From positions 1,312,001-1,376,000 of the forward strand of contig OY970320.1 of NCBI GenBank assembly GCA_963716745.1: DNA of 64,000 bases. The letters run 5' to 3'. Under the pieces are notes generated by a model, which was not told where the DNA came from, made no database searches, and was given only the letters and a program-made list of their open reading frames with translations. The translations under genes were made by a program, and so were the position numbers. Numbering within the stretch: the stretch's first letter is position 1; each line of letters opens with the position of its first letter. Source of the DNA: an uncultured Gemmatimonadaceae bacterium (GTDB lineage: Bacteria; Gemmatimonadota; Gemmatimonadetes; Gemmatimonadales; Gemmatimonadaceae). This document shows positions 52,355 through 62,772 of the stretch, piece after piece.

Positions 52355-52936
52355 GTGGAACGACACCTTCTTCCTGACGAGATCGACCAGCTGCTGGACG
52401 GCGAGGTCGGCTTCGAGACAGCGCCGCTCAAGGCGCATGTCCGGAGTTGCGACCTGTGCCGTGGCCAGCTTGAGACCGCACGGCTCCTCGTGACGGATCT
52501 CGAGCGCATTCCGCATCTGGCGCCCTCCCCTGATTTCGCGAACAAGGTGATGTCTCGCGTCCAGCTCTACGTGCCCTGGCACGTGGCGCTGGCCGACACG
52601 GTGCGCGGCCTCGTGCCTCGCACGCGCGGCTGGCGCGTGGTCGCCACCGGCGGCCTCGCCACGGCGGCGCTCCTCGTGACGGCGGCCTCCGTGTGGGGGC
52701 TGCTGCACCTCGACGCCGTGCTCTTCGTTGGCGAGATGCTCTGGGATCGGCTCAGCGCCGGCGCCATGAGCGCGCTCACCAGCGTCGTGGCGACAGTGCT
52801 CGGCGTCGGCGCGGCCGAGGCGTTCCACGCAAGCGGCGGCATCGGAGTGGCGGTGCTCTTCGGTCTGGTCCTGGCGACGGGACTCGCGGCCGTGGGCACC
52901 GTACGCGCCGTCGCCGCTCGCTCGCGGACGCGGTAG
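52355..52936 (+). CDS. Zinc-binding membrane anti-sigma factor
   Basis: HVRSCDLC (HxxxCxxC) followed by TM helices. Confidence 0.85.
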   Translation: MERHLLPDEIDQLLDGEVGFETAPLKAHVRSCDLCRGQLETARLLVTDLERIPHLAPSPDFANKVMSRVQLYVPWHVALADTVRGLVPRTRGWRVVATGGLATAALLVTAASVWGLLHLDAVLFVGEMLWDRLSAGAMSALTSVVATVLGVGAAEAFHASGGIGVAVLFGLVLATGLAAVGTVRAVAARSRTR

Positions 52937-52941
52937 GCCCC

Positions 52942-54039
52942 ATGCGCATCTTCAAGAGTTTCTTGGCGCTCGCCGCCGTGTTCATGGCCGCCGCGAGTGC
53001 TTCCGCTCAGCAGACCGTGCCGGCCAGCGCCGGCCAGGCGCTGCTCGATTCGCTCGCGCAGGATCCGAACGGCATGAAGCTGCTTCCCGCCGAGGTCACC
53101 AGCGGTGGACGCACCATCGGCGAAAAAGAGAAGATCACGGGCACCGTCGCCACGTGGAACGGTCCGATCGAGATCCGCGGGACAGTCGACGGCAATGTCG
53201 CGGCGATCGGCGGCGACGTGATCGTCTCGAAGGGCGGCCGCGTGAAGGGCGATGCGCTCTCGGTGGGCGGCGCGGTGCGCAATGAAGGCGGCACGATCGA
53301 CGGCGAGACGCGCACCATCAGCGCGCCGACGATCGGCGTCGCACGCGCGACGCCGCTCACGCCCGCGCAGGCAATGCGGCGCTCGATCTCGCTCTCCGTG
53401 GGTTGGTATCTCGTGCTCGCCGTGATCGGCGCGGGCGTGATCCTCCTCGCGCGCGGTCCGCTCGACGCCGTCGCCGACGCGCTCCGCGCACAGCCGGTGC
53501 GCGCGTTCGTGATCGGCGTCGCGGCGCAGGCGGCGGTGATCCCGGCATTCACGCTTACGGTGGTGGCGCTGGCGATCACGATCATCGGACTCGTCGTGAT
53601 CCCCTTCGCGGCCGTCGGCCTCTGCGCCGCCGGCGCGGGCGCGCTGTCGCTCGGATTCCTCGCGGTGGCGCAGAACGCCGGCTCCACGGTCAGCGGCCCC
53701 CGCAACGGCGACCGCAGCTTCCTCGGCGCGCTGCAGCCCATGCTCTTCGGGCTCTCCTTCTTCTTCTTGCTCTGGGTGGCCGGCACCGCGTTCCCCTACA
53801 CGGGCGGCGTGGGCGTCGCACTGCGTGTGATCGGCACGCTCGCCACGTGGATCGCCGTGAGCGTCGGACTCGGCGCCGTGATCATGACGCGCGCCGGTAC
53901 ACGCGTGTCAGCGAGTGCCGCGGCGCAGATCAAACCCGCGCCAACGGCCGAGCATGAATGGCAGACGCCGACGCCCGTCACGGGCGTCACCGCGGCGCGC
54001 CGTCCCACTCCGGCTCCGCGCCGGGGAGCCGAGCGATGA
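52942..54039 (+). CDS. Membrane protein with bactofilin-like beta-helix repeats
   Basis: Signal peptide; GTVDGNVAAIGGDV / GRVKGDALSVGGAV repeats; several C-terminal TMs. Confidence 0.75.
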   Translation: MRIFKSFLALAAVFMAAASASAQQTVPASAGQALLDSLAQDPNGMKLLPAEVTSGGRTIGEKEKITGTVATWNGPIEIRGTVDGNVAAIGGDVIVSKGGRVKGDALSVGGAVRNEGGTIDGETRTISAPTIGVARATPLTPAQAMRRSISLSVGWYLVLAVIGAGVILLARGPLDAVADALRAQPVRAFVIGVAAQAAVIPAFTLTVVALAITIIGLVVIPFAAVGLCAAGAGALSLGFLAVAQNAGSTVSGPRNGDRSFLGALQPMLFGLSFFFLLWVAGTAFPYTGGVGVALRVIGTLATWIAVSVGLGAVIMTRAGTRVSASAAAQIKPAPTAEHEWQTPTPVTGVTAARRPTPAPRRGAER

Positions 54040-54930
54040 ACGCGCGGCGGTTGTCTCACCGCGCTGGCTTTCGTGCTCAGCGCGCTCGCGCAGCCCGCCG
54101 CGGCGCAGAATTGGCGCACGCTCACCGCGCAGCGCCCGCTCGGCCGCGATGATTCGCTGAAAGTGATGGTGCGCTATGGGATGGGGAAACTCACCGTGCG
54201 CGCCGCCGATCCCGCCGTGCTCTACGATCTGAACGTTCGCTACGACGCGAATTTCTTCCGCACGCAGAAACTGTACGATCCGGCGACGCACACACTGATC
54301 GTCGGCGCGGACAGCGCCACCGCCGAGCGATTCTCATTGCGTCCGCATCTCTTCGGCGGCGATGATGCGAAGGCCGTGAAGGACGAGGAAAAGCTCGCCG
54401 AAATGAATCTCGGCGTCGCGCGCGGCATCCCGATCGATCTCACCGTGAAGACCGGCATCGGCGCGAGCGTGCTCGACTTGGGCAATCTATGGATCGCGAA
54501 CGCGCGCATCGAGTCCACCATGGGCGATGTGAGCATCAATTTCAGCACCGCGAACCAGCGCCCGATGCAGGAGCTGCGCATCGACGCGATGATGAGCGGC
54601 GTCGGCGTGAAGGAATTGGGCAACGCGCGCGCGAAGACGGTGAAGATGAGCGCGACCCTCGGCGGCGGCGAAGCGAGCCTGCGCGGCGATTGGACGGGCG
54701 ACATGACCGTGGACGTGAACGTCGCCGTGGGCGGCATGCAGATCCGCGTGCCCCGCGACGCGGGGGTGAAGATCACCGCCGTCACCCATCTCGCCGGGAT
54801 CGACGCCGCGGGATTCACCGAGTCGAAGGGTGAATTCACGAGCCAGAACTACGCGACCGCGACGCGAAAGGTCTTGATCACCGGCACCGTGTCACTCGGC
54901 GGGCTCAAGGTGACGTGGGTGGATCAGTAG
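54036..54930 (+). CDS. Exported LiaF/toast-rack-like beta-solenoid protein (frameshift near 54055)
   Basis: Repeats GIGASVLDL, TLGGGEASL, AVGGMQIRVP, SLGGLKV; signal peptide split across frames. Confidence 0.65.
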
Positions 54931-54933
54931 GGG

Positions 54934-56364
54934 CTAGACCTTCTTCAGATCCCACCGCCTCCACTTCCACAATCCCATCATCGCGAGCCCGCGTCCAGTC
55001 GCGGTCACGGACAGCACCCACCAGATCCCCGCCGTTCCCCAGCGCGACGCGGCCCAGATCGCGAGCGGCACGCGCGACGCAGTGAGGATCGTCGAAGTGA
55101 GCATCGGCGGCAGCGTATCGCCCGCTCCGCCCAGTGCGCCTTCGAGCACCAGCTCCGACGAGGCGAACAGCGTCGATACCGCGCCGATCCGCAGATACTT
55201 CGCCGCCTCGGCGATCACCGCCGGATCGTGCGTGAAGAAATTCGCGAAGGGCACGGCGCACGTGTACTCGAGGAACGCGCCGATCAGCCCGATCGCGCTC
55301 GCCATGCCCACGGCGATCCATCCCGCGCTCCGCGCGCGGTCCGGACGCTTCGCACCAAGATTTTGCCCCACCATCGCCGCCGCGGCCGCGCCGAACCCCA
55401 CGCCCACCATGTACACCCAACTCTCCACGCGATGCCCCACGCCGAGCGCCGCGAGCGCGGGCGTGCCGAATCGCGACGTGGTCTGCGTGAGCAGCACATA
55501 GATCAGACTGAACGCGACGCCGGTGACCGCGGTGGGAAGCCCCACGCGCACGATGGTGCCGATGGTCTCCATCGAGACGCGGCCGAACTTCACCATGCCT
55601 CGCCGCACGAGGATGGTCAGCCCAACGATGAGCGTCGCGAACCGCGTAAGCACGGTCGCCACGGCCGCGCCCGCAATGCCGAGCTTCGGCGCCGGCCCGA
55701 GCCCCATGATGAGCACAGGATCGAGCAGCACTGCCGCGGTCACCGACACGAGGATGAGCACCAGCGGCGTCTTCGTGTCGCCGCTCGCGCGGAAGCCCGC
55801 GTCCACGGTGAAATAGCCGAACACTATGGGCGCACCGAGCAGATACAATCCGAGATACTGCTTGCCGAGCGCCGTCACGTCGGCCGGCGTATGCTCGATC
55901 CCGAAGAGCGAACTCAGGAACACACGCCCCAGCACCGCGACCACGAGGGACATCACCAGCGTGAACACCAGCGCATCGCCCACCGCGCGCGCCGCGAGTT
56001 CCGGCCGCCCTTCTCCGTGCCGCCGCGCCGCCACCGCGGTGAGTCCAACGCTCACCAGCTCGGCCATGCTCACGACCGCCCAGATCCAGAAGATGGACGT
56101 CGAGACCGCGGCGAGCCCAACGGGCCCGATCTTCGTTCCTACCCAATACGCATCGGCCGAGAGGAAGAAGATGAGCAGGAACATGCTGCCCACGCTCGGC
56201 AGCGCGACGCTCGCGATGGTGCGCACGAGCGGCCCGCTTACCAGCTTCGGATGCGCGGAATGCTCGTCGGTGACGGCGACGGAAACGAGTCCGTCGCGCG
56301 CGCTGATCGGGAGCGCCGCCGAGGGTTCCTCGAACGGCTCGCTCGGTGGCGCGGTGACCGTCAC
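54934..56364 (-). CDS. MATE family efflux transporter
   Basis: GFRASGDTKTP, LDPVLI.G..LGIAGAAVAT, VGQNLGA; GTG overlaps the mrp stop. Confidence 0.92.
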   Translation of the reverse strand: MTVTAPPSEPFEEPSAALPISARDGLVSVAVTDEHSAHPKLVSGPLVRTIASVALPSVGSMFLLIFFLSADAYWVGTKIGPVGLAAVSTSIFWIWAVVSMAELVSVGLTAVAARRHGEGRPELAARAVGDALVFTLVMSLVVAVLGRVFLSSLFGIEHTPADVTALGKQYLGLYLLGAPIVFGYFTVDAGFRASGDTKTPLVLILVSVTAAVLLDPVLIMGLGPAPKLGIAGAAVATVLTRFATLIVGLTILVRRGMVKFGRVSMETIGTIVRVGLPTAVTGVAFSLIYVLLTQTTSRFGTPALAALGVGHRVESWVYMVGVGFGAAAAAMVGQNLGAKRPDRARSAGWIAVGMASAIGLIGAFLEYTCAVPFANFFTHDPAVIAEAAKYLRIGAVSTLFASSELVLEGALGGAGDTLPPMLTSTILTASRVPLAIWAASRWGTAGIWWVLSVTATGRGLAMMGLWKWRRWDLKKV

Positions 56365-57488
56365 GCGCGCGCGGGCGCGGGGAGCGCCTGCACGATCTTC
56401 TCCACTAATGCAGTGAGCGCGCGCGCCGCCGGCGATTCCGGCTGCGAGACGACGATCGGCACGCCGCTGTCGCCGCCCTCGCGCACGGGCGGGAAGAGCG
56501 GGATCTCGCCGAGCAGCGGCAGCTCGAGCTCGTTCGCGAGCAGCTGCCCGCCGCCGCTGCCGAAGATGGCGCTTGGTTTTCCGCAGTGCGGACAGAGCAG
56601 ATAGCTCATGTTCTCGACGATGCCGAGCACCGGCACGCCGACGCGCTGGAACATCTTCGCGCCGCGCAGCGCGTCGCCCGTCGCGACGGGCTGCGGCGTG
56701 GTGACGATGATCGCGCCGTGCACGTGCGTCGCCTGCACGAGCGAGAGCTGCGCGTCGCCGGTGCCGGGCGGCATGTCCACGAGCAGGTAATCGAGCTGTC
56801 CCCACTGCACGTCGGCCAGGAATTGCGTGATGATCTTCATCACGATCGGCCCGCGCCAGATCGCCGGCTGATCGCGCTCGATGAGCAGACCGAGGCTGAT
56901 GAGCTTCACGCCGTGCGCGTCGAGCGGCTGGATCTTCTCGTTGATCACCGGCGGCGGTTCGTTCGCGCCCATCATGCGCGGGATGTTCGGGCCGTAGATA
57001 TCGGCGTCCATGAGGCCCACGCGCTTGCCGCTCTTCGCGAGCGCGACCGCGAGATTCACCGCGACAGTGGACTTCCCTACTCCGCCCTTGCCGCTGGAGA
57101 TCGCGATCACGCGGCCGAGGTTCGGATAGGCGACGGGAGTTGGCGCAGGCACGGCTGCTTTGCGCGATTGCGGTTCCTGTCCCATCACCGGCAGCGCGCG
57201 GCTCTTCGGCATCGCGACAGGCGCGGGCTTGGGCGCCGCGGCCTGCGCCGGGTCCTTCACGTCGACGCGAACATCCTTCACCCCTTCGACTCTTTCAACC
57301 GACTGCCGCGCATCGCGCACGAGCGAGGCCGGATCGCGCGCATCGAGCAGGAGCGTGAAGCGCACGCGCCCGTCGGTGGTGACGCCGATATCGCGCACCA
57401 TCTCGCTTTCTACGACGTTTTGTTCGGTGCGCGGATTCACGACCGCGCCGAGCGCCGCCGCGATCCGGGCTTGCAGCGTGTCAGGCAT
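56361..57488 (-). CDS. mrp: Mrp/ApbC Fe-S cluster carrier ATPase
   Basis: SGKGGVGKST, DADIYGP, DMPPGTGD, ENMS..CPHC. Confidence 0.95.
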   Translation of the reverse strand: MPDTLQARIAAALGAVVNPRTEQNVVESEMVRDIGVTTDGRVRFTLLLDARDPASLVRDARQSVERVEGVKDVRVDVKDPAQAAAPKPAPVAMPKSRALPVMGQEPQSRKAAVPAPTPVAYPNLGRVIAISSGKGGVGKSTVAVNLAVALAKSGKRVGLMDADIYGPNIPRMMGANEPPPVINEKIQPLDAHGVKLISLGLLIERDQPAIWRGPIVMKIITQFLADVQWGQLDYLLVDMPPGTGDAQLSLVQATHVHGAIIVTTPQPVATGDALRGAKMFQRVGVPVLGIVENMSYLLCPHCGKPSAIFGSGGGQLLANELELPLLGEIPLFPPVREGGDSGVPIVVSQPESPAARALTALVEKIVQALPAPARA

Positions 57489-57742
57489 TGCGCACTTCGG
57501 TGATCTCCGGCACGCGGAGGCGGAGGTGCGCTTCGATGCCGGCGCGGAGTTCTGTGGCGGTCATGGTGCAGTCGGGGCAGTCGCCGGCGATGCGGAGGAT
57601 GGTCACGCCTGTTGCGGAGTCGAAGGCAGAAGAGCGCGAGGTCCATTTTTTCGATGTGCAATAGCGGACGCATGCCTTCTATTGCGGCGGCGATGCGCCG
57701 GGAGATATCGGCTGGGTCTGGTTTCTTGTTGAATAGTGCCAT
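57481..57742 (-). CDS. NifU C-terminal domain (Nfu-like) protein (frameshift near 57630)
   Basis: Shifted frame reads GVTILRIAGDCPDCTMTATELRAGIEAHLRLRVPEITEVRNA*. Confidence 0.8.
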
Positions 57743-57801
57743 GAGAAGGAATCTATGCGGGTTCGCGAAGAACTGCGGTGCTTGCCACCAGCGCGCTTAG
57801 C

Positions 57802-57960
57802 GTTGCAGCAAACAGCAAACAGTCACGAGTGACCGCCAGTCAACAGTTCTCAGTCAACAGGTCACAGAAAGCAGTCCCATGCTCGATCCGTTTTCTGTGA
57901 GCTGTGAACTGTTGACTGTAGACTGGCAGTCACTCGTGACTGTTTTCTGTTGACTGCAAC
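57802..57960. repeat. ~160-bp palindromic element built of ACAGTCA-like heptamers (family B, copy 1)
   Basis: GTTGCAG...ACAGTCACGAGTGACCGCCAGTC...TCACAGAAA / TTTTCTGTGA...GACTGGCAGTCACTCGTGACTGT...CTGCAAC. Confidence 0.95.
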
Positions 57961-57990
57961 TCTCACGCCCTGGTGGCCCGGCAGTTGTCG

Positions 57991-59023
57991 TTACCCCTCC
58001 AAGAAAGCTCGCGCCGCGTCAACGACTTTATCTCGCACTTCCTCGAGCCGCCCAGCAATCATCGCCCCCGCCGCCCGGGCATGCCCTCCACCCCCGAACT
58101 GGCGAGCGAATGCATTCACATCCACCCCACCCGTACTCCGAAAACTCACCTTCACCTGCCCATGCCCAAGATCGCGGAAGAACAATGCCATCTTCGTCCC
58201 CGCAACACTGCGCGGATATTCCGAGAGACCGTCAAGATCCTCCGATTTCACGTCGTATTTCTCGAGCACGCCCGCCGGCAGCGTGATCCACGACAAGATT
58301 GTGCGCGGCATCCACTTGCAAGGAATCCAGCGCGTCGCGCAACAGATGCAATCGCCCGATGCTCACCTGCGCGTAGATGCGCCGATACATTTCCTCCGGC
58401 TCCACGCCCGCCGCGAGCAATTGCGCGGCCACGGCGTGACAGCGCGGCGACGTATTCGAGAATCGGAATCCACCCGTGTCCGTGAGCAGCGCGGTATACA
58501 ACGCGCGCGCGATGTGCGGCGTGATCTCCAATTCCATCACGCGCGCGAGATCGAATACCAACTCCCCGGTCGCGCATGCCGCGGTGTCGGTCACGATCAC
58601 CTCGCCCGGCGGCTCGGCGGCCGGCACGTGATGATCGATCACCAATTTCGGACCCTTGAACGCGCGCACGGTGTCGGCCAGTGAGCCGAGCCGTTTCACG
58701 TCGCTGATATCGAGCACCACGAGAATGTCCGCGCCCGCGAGTGCCTTCACGCCGTCGGCGCTGCGATCGGTCACGCCATCGAGCAGGAAGGAGAACAATC
58801 CCGGCCAGGGCGTGGGATTCACAATGCGCGACTTCACTCCGCGCTGCGCGAGGAGCAGCGCGAGCGCCGCCTCCGAGCCACAGCCGTCGCCGTCGGAATT
58901 GATGTGCGTGCTCAACACCGCCGTCATGCCCGGCTTGAACGATTTCGCGAGCCGCTCGAGCGCCTCTTTGCGCGCGTGCGGGATGGCGAGCGGACTATGG
59001 AGTGGTGGAGTCTTCGGCGTCAT
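57991..59023 (-). CDS. nrnA: DHH/DHHA1 phosphoesterase (oligoribonuclease NrnA-like), frameshift near 58305
   Basis: HINSDGDG, IDHH, TDTGGFRF, KVSFRS, GGGGHARAAG. Confidence 0.9.
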
Positions 59024-59096
59024 TCATGGAGGGCGAAAGCCAAGCGGCGCCCGCAAACCATCGCGGGCGCCGCTGGAAACATAATGCCTGCGCGCG

Positions 59097-60557
59097 TCAG
59101 CCGCCCGCGGCGTTCCCGAGCTTGGAATGGGATCTTCCGTACCAGAAGTAGATGATCAATCCCAGCGCCATCCAGATCACGAGCCGGATCCACGTGTCCA
59201 TCGGCAGGAAGACCATCATGCCGAAGCAATTGATCACGCCAAGGATGGGCACGAGCGGCACGAGCGGCGTCTTGAACGGGCGCGCCTGGCCGGGGTTGTT
59301 CACGCGCATCACCCACACCCCGATGCACACGATCACGAACGCGAGCAGCGTACCGATCGACACGAGTTCGCCGAGCAATCCCACCGGCAGGAGGCCGGCC
59401 ACGATCGCCGCGACGAGGCCGGTGAGGATCTGCGGGATATACGGCGTGCGGAACTTCGGATGCACCTTGCTGAACGCCGGCGGCAGCAGACCATCGTTCG
59501 ACATCGAGAAGAAGATGCGCGGCTGCGCCATGAGCATCACGAGCACGACGCTCGCGAGTCCGAGCACGGCGCCGAGGTTCACGATCCAGCCGAGCCATGC
59601 GAGTGCCGGGCCGGCCGCGTCGATCGCGACGGACACCGGGTGCGCCACATTGAGCGTGGTGTACGGCGCGAGCCCCGTCATCACGAGCGACATCAGGATG
59701 TAGAGCACCGTGCAAATACCGAGCGAGAGCAGGATGCCAATGGGCAGATCCTTCTGCGGATTGCGCGCTTCCTGCGCCGCGGTACTCACGGCGTCGAATC
59801 CGATATAAGCGAAGAAGACGACGGCCGCCGCGCGGATGATGCCGCTAATGCCGAACTGACCGAAGGTGCCGGTATTCTCGGGGATCCACGGATGCCAATT
59901 CGCCGGCTTCACGTACATCGAGCCGAATCCGATCACGAGGAACACGATCGCGACCTTCAGGAACACGATCACGTTGTTGAAATTCGCACTCTCCTTGATG
60001 CCGATCACGAGCAGCGTGGTCATCGCGAAGATCAGGATCACGGCGGGCAGATTGATGATGCCGCCGGGAATGTGCACGAGATTATGCGTGCCCTCGAGAC
60101 CGAATGGCGCCGTGGTCCAGCCAACAGGCAGATCGATTCCGAAATTCTTCATGAGCGCGCCGAAATATCCCGACCAGCCCACCGCCACGGTGGCCGCGCC
60201 GAAGAGATACTCGAGGATGAGGTCCCAGCCGATGATCCACGCCACGAACTCGCCCATAGTGGCGTACGCATACGTGTACGCGCTGCCGGCGATCGGGATC
60301 ATGCTCGCGAACTCGGCGTAGCACAGTCCCGCGAACAGGCAGCCCATGCCCGCGATCACGAACGAGAGCGGGATCGCCGGGCCCGCATATTGCGCGGCCG
60401 CGCTCCCAGTAAGCACGAAGATACCGGCGCCGATGATCGCGCCGATCCCGAGCATCGTGAGGTTGGACGCGCTCAGCGCGCGCTTGAGAGTCCCCGCACC
60501 TTCCGCGGAGGCCTCCGCCTGCAGCGAGGCAATGCTTTTCGTAGACGATAGGCTCAT
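59097..60557 (-). CDS. APC-family amino acid permease
   Basis: GIGAIIGAGIF, GSAYTY, FFAYIGFDAVST. Confidence 0.93.
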   Translation of the reverse strand: MSLSSTKSIASLQAEASAEGAGTLKRALSASNLTMLGIGAIIGAGIFVLTGSAAAQYAGPAIPLSFVIAGMGCLFAGLCYAEFASMIPIAGSAYTYAYATMGEFVAWIIGWDLILEYLFGAATVAVGWSGYFGALMKNFGIDLPVGWTTAPFGLEGTHNLVHIPGGIINLPAVILIFAMTTLLVIGIKESANFNNVIVFLKVAIVFLVIGFGSMYVKPANWHPWIPENTGTFGQFGISGIIRAAAVVFFAYIGFDAVSTAAQEARNPQKDLPIGILLSLGICTVLYILMSLVMTGLAPYTTLNVAHPVSVAIDAAGPALAWLGWIVNLGAVLGLASVVLVMLMAQPRIFFSMSNDGLLPPAFSKVHPKFRTPYIPQILTGLVAAIVAGLLPVGLLGELVSIGTLLAFVIVCIGVWVMRVNNPGQARPFKTPLVPLVPILGVINCFGMMVFLPMDTWIRLVIWMALGLIIYFWYGRSHSKLGNAAGG

Positions 60558-60663
60558 CGGACTCCTGACTTCATGGTGTAGAGGGACTGATGTTGATCTA
60601 CCATACGCTATACGCGCCCTTACTTGACCAGCCGCGCTATCTTCTCCGTCGAAATCGCCTTTG

Positions 60664-62608
60664 TCAAGGCGCGACACCCTTCAGCGCGCTCTCGCACGCC
60701 TTCTGCAGCGCCTTTCGAAATCCACGCACATGATCCGGCGCCGGCGGCGGGCTCACGAGGAACGGATCCATCACGGTGGAGCGAAGCACCACCAGCCCAC
60801 TCGCGCCGTTCGCCTTCCACTCCGCCGGCGTGCAAACGCCTAACGCCTGGAGCAGTGGATCCACTGCGCCGTCATACATGGGACTTTGGAATCGCGTGCG
60901 CGTGATGATGTACTCCGGTTGCGCACCCGGCCGCGCGAGACTCATGCGCTCATAGATCGCCTCATTGAACGCATTCACCGCCGCCAGCGTTGTGAGCGAC
61001 GGATGATGCATCACCCAGCAGACGATGTTGATGTCCGGCTCCGGCAGCATCACGGCGCGGAATTCGCCGAGTCTCTCGCTCCCGAGCGCGGCGTGCAAGC
61101 CGCTGCGCGCCGAGCACGCTGCGCTCGATGAGATGGCCGTATCCCTTCTCGTTGAGCGGCAGAACTTTGTGACTGAGCCACACGCTCGCCGCGCTCGCGC
61201 CGGGCTTCGACCCCTCGAAGATGTATCGCCCAAGGAATCGCTCTTCACTCGCTGAAGTGCCGCCCGTCTCGCCCACGGGCGCGAGATACGGCGGATCGGT
61301 GCTTACCAAGTCCCGCGCGCGGCGGTCCCGCAGCAGGAAGGCGCCCGCGGGATACGGACAGTAGCCGAGCTTGTGCGGATCGATCGTCACGGAGTCGGCG
61401 CGCGACAGCGCCTCCATCGCGCGCACCCACTCCTCGGTGGGCCAATCGAGCCCCAGCAGCGACGCCCTGATCTCGGTCGCGCCGCGTCGCTCGTTGTGTT
61501 CGGTCCATGTGACGCTAGCGGCGTAGCCTCCGTAGCACGCATCCGAATGCACGTGATAGGTGACGCCGAGCTCTGTCTCCGCGCGTTCGCGCACCGCGAG
61601 CACCGCGTCGAGGCGGTCCACCGCGCTCTCTTCGGTGGTGCCGCAGACGCTCACGCACGCCATGATCGGAATGTTCTTCGCCGAATGATCGCGCACGCGC
61701 TCCCAGAGGGCGGCGGGGTCCATGCGATAGTTCGCGTCGACCGGCACGTGCACGATCTGATTGGACCCGATGCCGAGCGCCCGCACGATCTTCTCCCACG
61801 AGTAATGCGCGGTGGCAGCAACGAGCACGACGCCGGCGGGCAGCGGATCGCCGTAGGCTTTGCTGAGCCGCCGCGCGTAGTCCTGGTAGCCGACGGTGGC
61901 GAGCGAGTGTTCGCTGAGCGCTTGCTGCACGCGCTCGCGCGGCGCGGCGTCGAAGAGCGCATGCCAGAGATCGAGCGCGGCGGCGTTCGTGATGTTCACG
62001 AGCTTCCAGAGCGGCAGCTCGCGCACGGGCGCGCGCGTGCCGCCGGGCAGGGCGACATCGAGTGATACGCCCAGCTCGCTCGCCGCGCCCGCGACGGCGA
62101 TCGGGAGATAGGCGATGTTCCGCGCGATCCAGAGCGCCTCGAAATTCGCGACCGTGCCGCCCGAGGTGATGTGACCCCACGAGGAAGAGGGATCGTAACC
62201 GATCATGCGCATGAGATCGGCGGCGACCTCCAGCTCGAGCCGCGTAGTGACGGGCGAGCCTTCGAAGGCGACGTTGTTCGGATTGTAGAGCATTGCCGCG
62301 AAATAGCCGAGCTGGCTCGCGAGCGTTTGCTCGAAAGACATATGGCCCTTATAGCGGCCACTGAAGAAGGGAACGCCGCGTTTCAATTCCGCGAGGAGAC
62401 CCATGAGTTCTTGGGTCATGGTCGCGACGGCGCGTTCGTAGCCTTCACTGCGCTTATCGGTCTCGCGGATGGTGAAGCCGTCTTCGGGATGGAAATTGCG
62501 GCGCCAGAAGACGTGGTCGCGGAGGGACTCGACGATGAGGCGTTCGAGGAGTTCCGCGTTCTCAGCGCGGGGCCCTAAGAACCAAGCGGGGAGAGCTGGA
62601 TTTGGCAT
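60664..62608 (-). CDS. Group II PLP-dependent decarboxylase (tyrosine decarboxylase-like), frameshift near 61100
   Basis: FLGPRAEN, GHITSGGTVANFEALW, HSDACYGGY, DPHKLGY, EGSKPGA; C-terminus EPDINIV...LRSTVMDP in the second frame. Confidence 0.88.
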
Positions 62609-62616
62609 TCTGATCG

Positions 62617-62772
62617 GCAGCTAACAGTAAACAGTCACGAGTGACCGCCAGTCGACAGTCAACAGTCAACAGCTCACAGAAATCAGTCCCGCGCGCGATC
62701 CGTTTTCTGTGACCTGTTGACTGTTGACTGTCGACTGGCAGTCACTCGTGACTGTTTACTGTTGACTGCAAC
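62617..62772. repeat. ~155-bp palindromic element (family B, copy 2)
   Basis: Highly similar to 57802-57960, including the loop CAGTCCC...CGATCCG, in the same orientation. Confidence 0.95.
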
